From IMG/VR virus record IMGVR_UViG_3300002835_007718, positions 1-64,000 of that record: a DNA stretch of 64,000 bases; one strand, given 5' to 3'. Source of the DNA: a virus. Below are positions 37,716 to 46,601 of the stretch, piece by piece; the stretch's first letter is position 1; each line of letters begins with the position of its first letter. The notes beneath the pieces were generated by a model that ran no database searches, was not told where the DNA came from, and was given only the letters and a program-made list of their open reading frames with translations. Both the position numbers and the translations under genes were made by a program.

Positions 37716-40224
37716 AAAATTGTGATGCTTTCTGAAGATTGGGATTTGGTTTATCCCAATTCATTGCATCGTAAAAATCATCAAGTTTGTTTTCTAAATC
37801 TTGTTTCCATATTTTATTATAGTCAATGTATTGTTGAACAAACTGATTGATTTGGGGTGGGTCGTTATGACCTGTAAATGCGGTGGTTTCCAAACCAAGT
37901 GGATTCTTTTTAAGATATACCCATTTAATTTTATCACCATCTTTCATAGGTTCATATTTGTAAGGAGCTTTATAGTATTTTAATAATCTATTATAAGTTA
38001 TAGCAGCTTTAACGTGTGCTGGTGTTCCTTTTTCAAACTCACCTAATGCGTATTCTTTACGAGCGTTTACATACTTAGACATATCCTTTACGGCAGAGTT
38101 TTTAGCGATGTCTTTAAATGTCTGATTTTCCATATTGGATTTATAGTCAATCAGTTTAGCATCAATTTCGGACTTGTCAACACCTTTTAGAATATCCAAC
38201 AAAACAGTTTCCATCACCTTTTTAAAGTAAGTTGGGAATGATGACCTACGAACATCAAGTCCCTTTACATCCATTTTGTCACAAGGAACCGTATTGTCGT
38301 TAATAATCCATTGTGCGTATCTCTTTTTTGATACCCAAAATCCACCCTTTGCAATGGTTTCTTGTTTAATATCAAATCGGTGAGAATTTACATTAAATAA
38401 CTTTTTGGACATTGTGTCGTAGACCTTGTTGATGTGGGCTTGAACCTCTTGAGCTACGGACAAAATCGCAGGAACCATTTGTTCATCCGAAGTGGGGTCA
38501 ATATTTGGGTTTCGGGCTTGAACCAAGGGAAGTGCTTGATAAAACACGGAGTCCGTATCGGTATAAACATTATAATCACCCTCTTCACCAATAATACTTT
38601 TGTAGTATTGATTAGCAATCATTTCAGTAGTTTTGATTACCGTCTGACCTGTAATTGTAGTAGCCTCCGCATTGTCTATATCATAAAATCTAAACGATGG
38701 TAATCCTAATACACCATAAAGTGAATTCAACATAATTTTCTGAACCAATTGACGTTGGGAATAAAACTTATAAAGTTCATCATTACCTACATTACCATAT
38801 TTTTTCATTAAATCTTTATACTCGACTCGTTTATCAAACCAAACATTTAAGATTTCAGGTATTACACCTACCCTATCTTGCGTATATAATACACCATTTG
38901 ATGATAGTGAATAGTTTGATTCCGTAATAAGTTTTTGAAATTCACTACGAGTCAATGGTGGAAACTCAGCGCCAGAATCATCTACAATTGAATAAGATTC
39001 AATTTTGTCTTTCATATAATCTTCCGATGAAAATGATTTTAATTTACCAATTTTCGTTTCGGGTGATACATTTAAAGTCATAATGATGGATGGATACAGC
39101 GATGTTAAGTCCAAGTCGTATACCCATTTGTAAAGACCTGGTTTGGGTTCTTTAACATATGCGCCTGTAAATTTACCTTCACTATCAGAACCATCTTCAT
39201 TTTTTTCGGCTCTCTTTGATTTATCTGGCGCTACACGATTACTTCTACGAAGAAATGTTAAGATAGCACCTTCCAACCACTTTGATGAGAATAGAAAGTC
39301 TTCGTAAAAAACGTGACCTGCGTGACAAATCGCTTGAGCGAGTTCAATGAACTGAAGTTTTCTATCCATTTCAACAACCAACTCCACATCCACCAAGTTA
39401 TACTCAATGAATTTTTCCAAGTCATCTCGAAATAATTGGTCAAGATTACCTTGATAATCAATCTTACCTCTACCCAATACAATATTAGCAATAGTATCTA
39501 ATCGGTAATTTGGAAATTCTTGATAGGTAAAGTTTTTGTAAAGAGCAAGATAGTCCAAACAAGAAACTCCCGCGATAATATAACGATTACGATATTTGTT
39601 GTATCCAATCTTACCAATTGGAGATAACTTGTTAGCCATTCTTTCACCCAACACATTTTTCAAACGATTGTATAGATAGGTGACATCAAAGTAGTCAATG
39701 TTCCAACCGGTAACAATTGTGGGATTGATTTCTTGCCATTTGTTTAGGAATGATTCAAGCAGGTCAGCTTCAGTTTTGAATGACCTAACTTGAGCACCCT
39801 TAATAGTTTTATCTACATAATTGTCTGATACAACATACACAAAATAGTCATTGGTCACCGAATCATGACCTGCAATTGAAGTAATTGCATTGCCTGCTTT
39901 ATCAATGTCAGGTAAGCCAGTATTCATCTCAACCTCAATATCAAAAGTCAGTATGGTATGACCTTTTGACACCTCATCTGAATCTCCATATTGGTCAATA
40001 AGAAACCGAGTTACTTCGTTTACATCACTTTCATAGAGTTTAAGATTATCTTCTTGTTTCCAAAAATTTATCTTTTTAAGACGCTCTCCATGAATAGAAG
40101 TAAAAGCACCATTCCCATCTCTAACATAAGCATATCTACGGTATTTGCTTGTAAAATAACCCTTTTGGTCATCCCAACAATGAATGATACTTTGTTCTTT
40201 ATCGTAGTAAACATTTTGATACAT
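37705..40224 (-). CDS. Family B DNA polymerase
   Basis: Exo motifs FDIE, GWN..FD, YN..D; polymerase motifs DLTSLYPS, KIMLNSLYG, YTDTDS, KKRY. Confidence 0.97.
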   Translation of the reverse strand: MYQNVYYDKEQSIIHCWDDQKGYFTSKYRRYAYVRDGNGAFTSIHGERLKKINFWKQEDNLKLYESDVNEVTRFLIDQYGDSDEVSKGHTILTFDIEVEMNTGLPDIDKAGNAITSIAGHDSVTNDYFVYVVSDNYVDKTIKGAQVRSFKTEADLLESFLNKWQEINPTIVTGWNIDYFDVTYLYNRLKNVLGERMANKLSPIGKIGYNKYRNRYIIAGVSCLDYLALYKNFTYQEFPNYRLDTIANIVLGRGKIDYQGNLDQLFRDDLEKFIEYNLVDVELVVEMDRKLQFIELAQAICHAGHVFYEDFLFSSKWLEGAILTFLRRSNRVAPDKSKRAEKNEDGSDSEGKFTGAYVKEPKPGLYKWVYDLDLTSLYPSIIMTLNVSPETKIGKLKSFSSEDYMKDKIESYSIVDDSGAEFPPLTRSEFQKLITESNYSLSSNGVLYTQDRVGVIPEILNVWFDKRVEYKDLMKKYGNVGNDELYKFYSQRQLVQKIMLNSLYGVLGLPSFRFYDIDNAEATTITGQTVIKTTEMIANQYYKSIIGEEGDYNVYTDTDSVFYQALPLVQARNPNIDPTSDEQMVPAILSVAQEVQAHINKVYDTMSKKLFNVNSHRFDIKQETIAKGGFWVSKKRYAQWIINDNTVPCDKMDVKGLDVRRSSFPTYFKKVMETVLLDILKGVDKSEIDAKLIDYKSNMENQTFKDIAKNSAVKDMSKYVNARKEYALGEFEKGTPAHVKAAITYNRLLKYYKAPYKYEPMKDGDKIKWVYLKKNPLGLETTAFTGHNDPPQINQFVQQYIDYNKIWKQDLENKLDDFYDAMNWDKPNPNLQKASQFFGF

Positions 40225-41354
40225 TAATTTAGTTGTTTATGTAGTTCTTGAATCATTTTATCTTCATTCAAAGATAGTTCCATTGCTCGTTGAAGTGACA
40301 AATTGTCTTGTTTTTTTCTGAAAGTGTCATCATCCAACATCTTGTCTAAATACCCAAAGAATTCCTTTTTTGTTTTGAAGAACATTCCGTTGGGGTCAAT
40401 TTCGTGATAACAATCGGATTCTTGCCAAATCATCGCAGTTCCATTCATCATACAATCAGTTCCACTTACCGACCAACCATAATTAGTTTGTCTCATCTGA
40501 ACACCAACCTTACATTTTTGAAGTTGTTGATAGTATTCGTTTTTTGCTAACTTTGTATTGTCAATCCAACCAAATGGAACTTTACCAGTTAATTGTGGAA
40601 TCCACACTATAAAATCTTGTCGTTGGGTATGATACTCTTCCATCAACTCAATAAACTTTGGATATCCTTTGTAAGCTGCTGGTCGGTGGTTAAATACGAT
40701 AATGTTTTCTTTTGTATCTTTTATTTGAGTTACAACTTTATTTTGTGGTAATCCTAAATTCCATACTTTTAGAATATCATCCAATTTGTTAGTAAATTCT
40801 TCATTGAATACTTCCTTTGCCTCTAATAATACCCTATTTTTTTGGTCTTGCGTGTTAAGATAGCAAGTATCCATTTGAGATACTCCCATCAATTCAATAG
40901 GTAACCACAACCACTTTGCCTTACCTTCTCTATTGTCAGGTCCGTTACACGATTTCATTTCCCACCAATGACAATAACCCACAATTTTCATGTCCATTGA
41001 TTTTTTGTATCTACCGACTTGAGGCCAATCCGGCAAATGTGAATAGATTACATCATAATCAATATCCTTCAGAACTTTTATGAGGTCACTTGATGGAAAT
41101 GCTCTTTGATTCATCATATCGCCTGGAATGTGAATCTCAACTTGTTTTACATTTGGTAGGTTCAACTTTTTAGTAACACTACCCTTTGGAACTAATACAT
41201 TCCAATAGTATTCACCATAGTTTTCTAACGCTTTGATGTGATTATGGATTACATCAATGAATGAATCCTTTTCAATGTTAGATGAATTTGTTATGTTCGG
41301 AATTACCAACACCTTTCTGGCGTTTTTGTAATCTACTGATTCCCAAAAGTTCAT
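40224..41354 (-). CDS. GT-B glycosyltransferase, candidate DNA glycosyltransferase
   Basis: YDVIYSHLP, IVFNHR...YKG, YGWSVSGTDCMMNG; translationally coupled to polB. Confidence 0.65.
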   Translation of the reverse strand: MNFWESVDYKNARKVLVIPNITNSSNIEKDSFIDVIHNHIKALENYGEYYWNVLVPKGSVTKKLNLPNVKQVEIHIPGDMMNQRAFPSSDLIKVLKDIDYDVIYSHLPDWPQVGRYKKSMDMKIVGYCHWWEMKSCNGPDNREGKAKWLWLPIELMGVSQMDTCYLNTQDQKNRVLLEAKEVFNEEFTNKLDDILKVWNLGLPQNKVVTQIKDTKENIIVFNHRPAAYKGYPKFIELMEEYHTQRQDFIVWIPQLTGKVPFGWIDNTKLAKNEYYQQLQKCKVGVQMRQTNYGWSVSGTDCMMNGTAMIWQESDCYHEIDPNGMFFKTKKEFFGYLDKMLDDDTFRKKQDNLSLQRAMELSLNEDKMIQELHKQLN

Positions 41355-41360
41355 TTACGT

Positions 41361-42080
41361 TTATTTATTTTTTACTAAAAAAGTTTTCCAATTTTTAACC
41401 AATGGTTTTAGGAATACCTTTTTAATAGGTGACTCCGTTATTACATAGTGTTCTCTACCCACAGCGTATCTCTTAATAGCTTCTTTAGGATGGTTTCTAG
41501 CCATTTCACCTCTCGTAGAGTTTTCACGCTGCCATAATAGTAATGGTGCTTTTTTAATAGAGTTACCTAATGTTTCACCGACCGCTATCCAATTATCTGC
41601 TAAGTATACTGCGCCATTTCTTTTGTTGTCGGACCCATCTATTAAGGGTTGAACGAATGTTTCTAACATTATTAGGTCATCACCATACTTTTCTTTCCAT
41701 CGTTTAGAACCAATCTCTCTTAATAATTTAAGAGCCATCGTTCCTGCATTTGGTATACCATTATCAGGAATCAAACAAAATCTATAATTGTTAGCTACTT
41801 TGTTTGAATTCTTTAATCGAGTATCTTTGTCCCAACCTATCCAATTATCTCTTGCGCCAATAGCTAATACACAAGATGAAATGCCAATAGCCCCAATGGG
41901 TTTACTATCTAATGTTCTATAAATAATGTAGTTTATTCTTCGCTGTGGAACATCCTTATACTTAACATACGAATGGTATGTATTTATAATATCTCTAAAT
42001 ATTTTGGTTTGATTTGAATTCAAACATTCTTGTAGAAATATGGGATAATCATAATTATTTGTATAATCAAAAAATGACAT
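41361..42080 (-). CDS. DUF4338 (DruA-like) protein
   Basis: HSY, ARDNWIGWD, NNYRFCLIP, LETFV, GAVYLADNWIAVGET.G. Confidence 0.8.
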   Translation of the reverse strand: MSFFDYTNNYDYPIFLQECLNSNQTKIFRDIINTYHSYVKYKDVPQRRINYIIYRTLDSKPIGAIGISSCVLAIGARDNWIGWDKDTRLKNSNKVANNYRFCLIPDNGIPNAGTMALKLLREIGSKRWKEKYGDDLIMLETFVQPLIDGSDNKRNGAVYLADNWIAVGETLGNSIKKAPLLLWQRENSTRGEMARNHPKEAIKRYAVGREHYVITESPIKKVFLKPLVKNWKTFLVKNK

Positions 42081-42091
42081 ATAATCGGTTA

Positions 42092-42565
42092 CTACTTATT
42101 TTTAGAGTTTAAAAAGTTAAAGAATTTTTTAAATCCAACTGATTTGTTTTTTCGTAATATGCCGGCGCTTTCCATTTCTTTAACATCCTCTTTTCCAATT
42201 TCAATAAATCGGAGATTTGACATTTCTCGGAAATCAATACCAACAAAGAAATCCAAAGAATTCATTTTTTCATTAAAACCATTTTCGGTTACCTTTCTAC
42301 CATACCCAACTTCTTTAGAAGAAGCAAATGAAATTTTTTCGGTGATTGAACGAACTTCAATTCGTTCACCATTTACACCATCAACATCATAAGAAGAACC
42401 TTCAGATTTTGCTCGTTGAGCTCCTATTTTATTAGCGTAAATAAACTCACCTAAACGACCAACAATTCGACCATCATTTAAAAATGCAATAACTTCAGAT
42501 TCACTAAGTCCTAATCCTTCAGCTACTTTTTTCAAATTCAATTTGTGTGAAAATCGTTCTTTCAT
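42092..42565 (-). CDS. Putative PD-(D/E)xK restriction-like endonuclease
   Basis: GRLGE ... SYDV ... IEVRS pattern; start trimmed to MKERF. Confidence 0.5.
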   Translation of the reverse strand: MKERFSHKLNLKKVAEGLGLSESEVIAFLNDGRIVGRLGEFIYANKIGAQRAKSEGSSYDVDGVNGERIEVRSITEKISFASSKEVGYGRKVTENGFNEKMNSLDFFVGIDFREMSNLRFIEIGKEDVKEMESAGILRKNKSVGFKKFFNFLNSKNK

Positions 42566-42587
42566 ATCGTGTCTCTCAATTACAAGT

Positions 42588-42619
42588 CTAATATACAAAA
42601 AAGATGTGATACACACAAG
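42588..42619 (-). promoter_or_regulatory. Bacteroidota-type promoter
   Basis: CTTG-N20-TATATTAG. Confidence 0.55.
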
Positions 42620-42630
42620 CTTTTTTTAAT

Positions 42631-42846
42631 TTATTTTTCTAATATCATATAAGTTACACAATCACATTCCATCTCCTGAAATACATCATCATAGATAACC
42701 TTTCGGATATCATCAGTATCATAATACTCACCCAACTTACCGGAGTGTGTAGGTAGTGGATTTAAAGATTCAACATACGATTGAAAATGTGTTCCGATGA
42801 ATTCATTCACCTTACTTACCAACATATAATTTCCTGTCTTCAACAT
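42631..42846 (-). CDS. Hypothetical protein
   Basis: 71 aa ORF with its own promoter. Confidence 0.55.
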   Translation of the reverse strand: MLKTGNYMLVSKVNEFIGTHFQSYVESLNPLPTHSGKLGEYYDTDDIRKVIYDDVFQEMECDCVTYMILEK

Positions 42847-42869
42847 AACTTATCTTTTTTATTACATAG

Positions 42870-42924
42870 TAAAGATACGAATAAATTACGAATTGCCAAA
42901 ATTTTAATGTTAAGTTTATGTTAA
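42870..42924 (-). promoter_or_regulatory. Promoter with upstream TTAACA-N5-TTAACA repeat
   Basis: TTAACA-N5-TTAACA-N7-TTTG-N19-TATCTTTA. Confidence 0.65.
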
Positions 42925-42926
42925 AT

Positions 42927-43721
42927 TTACCAAAAATTTACTTTATTTTCTGGCTCGTAGGTTTCATACCGCTCTCCTTTAGGTAAAATATCATTTACGT
43001 TCTTTGGTGGAGTTTCACAAGGGTGTTTGAGTGAGTTCATCAACTTCTTTTTTTCCGATTTGTTAGTTGGTAGAATTTGAATGTATCTTAATTTAGACAT
43101 TTCTTTTCTCCGCCAGAACTCTTTATATCCATCTTTACCAATTTCGGTTTTGAGGTGTTCCAAGTTATGCGAACCCCATCTTGAGAATACAGTTCTTGAG
43201 TGAATATATTGACCATTTTCACCTTCCAAACAAATACCATAGTTTGGCATCAATTGAATTTTGTTGGTGTCTTGAAACAACCAATTTGTAGCACGATAAA
43301 TACCACCCAAATGACCTTGGAATGGGTCTGAATAGGATAGTAACATCTTAATGTTGGGAGCGTGTTCTCTCATCCATTTAAATGTTTGACCCAAAGCATA
43401 TGATTCAATATTAGAACCATACCCATCGTGAATAAAGAGCCGTGTTAACTCCAAACATTGGTCGTTACCCAATCCATCAATGATTGAGGTTACAGCGGAC
43501 CTACCAACAGGAAAACCATATACAGCGACACCAATCAATTGTTCATCATTACCAAGAATATCCAACTCATCAGTTTTGTAAAATATTCCCAATGAATATC
43601 TACACATAGTCCACGCGTGGGAATAATGATGAGTTATAATCATATCCTTTGCAATGGCTTTATTTATTTCACGAATTGATACCCGTGAGGTGTCTACATA
43701 TATCTTATTATCCTCTTTCAA
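42927..43721 (-). CDS. Mom-like DNA modification protein
   Basis: HHYSH, LELTRL, NIESY, SYSDP.QGHLG.IYRATNW. Confidence 0.82.
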   Translation of the reverse strand: MKEDNKIYVDTSRVSIREINKAIAKDMIITHHYSHAWTMCRYSLGIFYKTDELDILGNDEQLIGVAVYGFPVGRSAVTSIIDGLGNDQCLELTRLFIHDGYGSNIESYALGQTFKWMREHAPNIKMLLSYSDPFQGHLGGIYRATNWLFQDTNKIQLMPNYGICLEGENGQYIHSRTVFSRWGSHNLEHLKTEIGKDGYKEFWRRKEMSKLRYIQILPTNKSEKKKLMNSLKHPCETPPKNVNDILPKGERYETYEPENKVNFW

Positions 43722-44466
43722 TTGGGTCTAATTTGTAGATTTCTTCTATAAACTCTTCGTTTTCCGTTGGATATGGTAGCGATGGGTATTTTAATGATTT
43801 TAATATACGACTTTTTTTTGAATTATCCAAAATATAAACATATCGGTGTTTTCTCAACTCTTTTTTTATCCAAAAAGGTTGATTTGTCATTTCTTGGATT
43901 TTTGTTGGATTATTAGTTCCAAACTTTACAAATGATGTGCGTGAGTGAGTCCAGTCACCCCCCTCTTCCCACTTAAATAACCATGAATCGTTGGGTCTGA
44001 TACGATTACCTTGATAAATCCAATTTGTAGACATATAAACAGTTCCCTTATGACCCACCTTTGGGTCGGAGTAAGAGATAAGTGCTCGGATGTGAGAAGC
44101 GTTTTCTCTTAACCATTTAAAGGTTTGACCTACAAACCAACTTTCTACATTACACCCATACCCATCAAAAACAAATAATCGTGTAAGTTCAAGAACTTCA
44201 GTTCGGTCAAGAAGTGGTGAAATAGACTGACCCGAATGTCTACCTATGGGGTCTCCATATGTAGCAACTCCAACTAACTCTTCATTTACACCACTAAAAA
44301 ATTGATGCTCTTCTTCTGATTTGTAGAAAAGTCCTAATGCATATGATACCTTTGTCCAAATATGAGCATAGTGGTGATTTACCACGATTTCTTTAGCTAC
44401 CGATTTTGAAATAGGTCTAACTGAAAATTTAGATGGGTCGAAATATACCTTACCTTCTACTTTCAT
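43708..44466 (-). CDS. Mom-like DNA modification protein (paralogue of 42927-43721)
   Basis: HHYAH, LELTRL, NVESW, SYSDP.VGHKG.VY.STNW. Confidence 0.82.
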   Translation of the reverse strand: MKVEGKVYFDPSKFSVRPISKSVAKEIVVNHHYAHIWTKVSYALGLFYKSEEEHQFFSGVNEELVGVATYGDPIGRHSGQSISPLLDRTEVLELTRLFVFDGYGCNVESWFVGQTFKWLRENASHIRALISYSDPKVGHKGTVYMSTNWIYQGNRIRPNDSWLFKWEEGGDWTHSRTSFVKFGTNNPTKIQEMTNQPFWIKKELRKHRYVYILDNSKKSRILKSLKYPSLPYPTENEEFIEEIYKLDPIERG

Positions 44467-44681
44467 TGATAATCATTAAATTCTCCAAAAAGTATATGAG
44501 TCCAAGTTTCACCTTTTACAATTTTACGGATGTTCGTAGGAGATACCCCATTATTATGAGCAAGAACACGAATATTTCGGTGTCCGATAGCCCATAGTTT
44601 TCGGATTGCCTTTACTTGGGTTTCCGTGAGTTTATGTTGTGGGTGTGATTCTCCTCTTAACGACATCTTAAATCTCTTCAT
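44463..44681 (-). CDS. Small HTH DNA-binding protein
   Basis: GE.HP.HKLTE.QV..IR...LA...GVS..NI..IV.G.TW, the HTH typically appended to HNH endonucleases. Confidence 0.75.
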   Translation of the reverse strand: MKRFKMSLRGESHPQHKLTETQVKAIRKLWAIGHRNIRVLAHNNGVSPTNIRKIVKGETWTHILFGEFNDYQ

Positions 44682-45102
44682 TAAATTCTATTTTCAACTG
44701 ACTAGCATCATTATTCCATGCGTTGTATACAATCTTACCCAAATCAGGTTTGATATAGTTTGGACCTTTTAATATTTTACCATCTTCACGATAGACTGGC
44801 TTACCATCTAACCCCAACTTTGACATATTAGAACGATGAACCTCATCAAAACATTCTTCAATAATATCTTGCATCCCATGGGCTACAATCGTGCCTAAAA
44901 GAATATAAAGTTGGTCGGTTAAGGCGTCAGCAATTTCAATTGGGTCATCCATTTCATTAGCATGAATATATTCATCTAATTCTTCTTTACCAAGGTTATA
45001 TCGTAAGTATCCCATGGTATCACTTTGACTACAAGGTGAAGTTTCGATAGTGTGTCCAAATGTGCTATGGAATTCAACAAGCTTTTTTAATTGGTCTTTC
45101 AT
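44668..45102 (-). CDS. MazG-like NTP pyrophosphohydrolase
   Basis: EELDE, EIADALTD..Y, EVHRSNMSK, REDGKILKG. Confidence 0.88.
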   Translation of the reverse strand: MKDQLKKLVEFHSTFGHTIETSPCSQSDTMGYLRYNLGKEELDEYIHANEMDDPIEIADALTDQLYILLGTIVAHGMQDIIEECFDEVHRSNMSKLGLDGKPVYREDGKILKGPNYIKPDLGKIVYNAWNNDASQLKIEFNEEI

Positions 45103-45422
45103 TTTGTCTTTATCATTTTTGCTTCAGCTGAAGTGTATCGGTCGTGTTTATGAATTGGGGTTTTAATTTTATTTTTATATGATTTTTCAATTGCTTTAAT
45201 ACACTTTTTAAGTGCATCCCATTGTCCCCAAGTAATATGAAATTTCTTTTCACCACTAACATCATCAATGTGAATATCATATCCTTCACCATTACTCCAT
45301 TCGGTTACTTCTAAGAAATCGCCTTTATCTTTTCTTTCAGCCATTGAGAATAGACAAAAATCTTTTAATTCTACAAACGCTGCGTTTCTTTTATTAATTT
45401 CTATTTTTGGTTTGTTTTCCAT
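45099..45422 (-). CDS. Hypothetical protein
   Basis: 107 aa ORF; EVTEWSNGEGYDI. Confidence 0.6.
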   Translation of the reverse strand: MENKPKIEINKRNAAFVELKDFCLFSMAERKDKGDFLEVTEWSNGEGYDIHIDDVSGEKKFHITWGQWDALKKCIKAIEKSYKNKIKTPIHKHDRYTSAEAKMIKTK

Positions 45423-45445
45423 AACTTTTATTTTTTATTAGAAGT

Positions 45446-45477
45446 CTAATATACGAAATAATTTTGGATTATACAAC
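45446..45477 (-). promoter_or_regulatory. Bacteroidota-type promoter
   Basis: GTTG-N20-TATATTAG with a spacer nearly identical to the 36857 and 32436 promoters. Confidence 0.62.
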
Positions 45478-45506
45478 ACTTTTTTAAACTTTATTATCAA
45501 TACCAA

Positions 45507-46601
45507 TCATAAATCACTTATTTTTTTAAGAGCCGATGCAACAACTTGATGCATATCATAGTATTTGTATTCTGCTAATCTACCACCAAAAATAACTTTG
45601 TCATTGTCAGCCAGTTCTTTGTATTTTTTATACTTCGTGTTGTTATTTTCATCATTAACAGGATAAAATGGTTCTACACCTCGTGTATATTCTTGTGGAA
45701 ATTCCATACTAACCCAAGTTGTTTTTTGATTTTGATTATCAAAATATTTGTGTTCAATAATTCTTGTGAATGAATTATCACTATCAGTATAGTTCATTAC
45801 AGCACACCCTTGATAATTGTCAGTATTAATTTTCATGGTATCCCAACGAACGGATTTATATTCTAAATCACCAAATTGATAATTAAAATACTTGTCAATA
45901 GGGCCTGTATAAATTACTTTAATAGCTAGGTCATCCCAATACTCTTTGTTTTCCAAATAGTCACAATTTGTATAGACCTTAATACCCTTTAACATTTTTT
46001 CAAATATTTGAGTATATCCTCCAATAGGAATACCTTGATATTTGTCGTTAAAATAGTTGTTATCATATGTAAATCTTACTGGCAATCTTTTTATGATTGA
46101 GGCTGGTAGTTCCGTAGCAGACTTTCGCCATTGTTTTTCAGTATACCCTTTAATTAACTTTTCATAGATGTCTTTACCTACCAATGAAAGAGCTTGTTCT
46201 TCAAGATTGGTAATTTTACCATTAAATCGTTGCTCTTCAATCTTTTGCCGTGCTTCATTAGGAGTCGTAACCCCCCACATCTGATTAAAAGTCCACATAT
46301 TGAATGGTAAAGAGTAAATTTCACCTTTATAGTTAGCAACAGGATTTAACTGAAATTGATTAAATTCAGCAAATTGATTAATATACTCCCAAATCCCTTT
46401 ATCGTTAGTATGGAAAATGTGAGGTCCATATTTGTGAATATGAACCCCATCTTGATTTTCCGTGTAACAATTACCACCAATGTGGTCTCTTTTTTCAAGA
46501 ACCAACACCGATTTTCCTTGTTTATTTAACTCGTGGGCGCATATTGAACCAAACAATCCAGAACCTACAATAATATAATCGTATTTAGAGGTTATTGACA
46601 T
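45507..46601 (-). CDS. glf: UDP-galactopyranose mutase
   Basis: IVGSGLFG, HIGGNCY, YGPHIFHT, YTEKQW, GRLAEYKYYDM. Confidence 0.96.
   Translation of the reverse strand: MSITSKYDYIIVGSGLFGSICAHELNKQGKSVLVLEKRDHIGGNCYTENQDGVHIHKYGPHIFHTNDKGIWEYINQFAEFNQFQLNPVANYKGEIYSLPFNMWTFNQMWGVTTPNEARQKIEEQRFNGKITNLEEQALSLVGKDIYEKLIKGYTEKQWRKSATELPASIIKRLPVRFTYDNNYFNDKYQGIPIGGYTQIFEKMLKGIKVYTNCDYLENKEYWDDLAIKVIYTGPIDKYFNYQFGDLEYKSVRWDTMKINTDNYQGCAVMNYTDSDNSFTRIIEHKYFDNQNQKTTWVSMEFPQEYTRGVEPFYPVNDENNNTKYKKYKELADNDKVIFGGRLAEYKYYDMHQVVASALKKISDL

Noticed and set aside
34952-42080. Complete Druantia defence system
   Set aside because: Only DruA-like domains are present; no large DruE helicase or other Dru genes in the window
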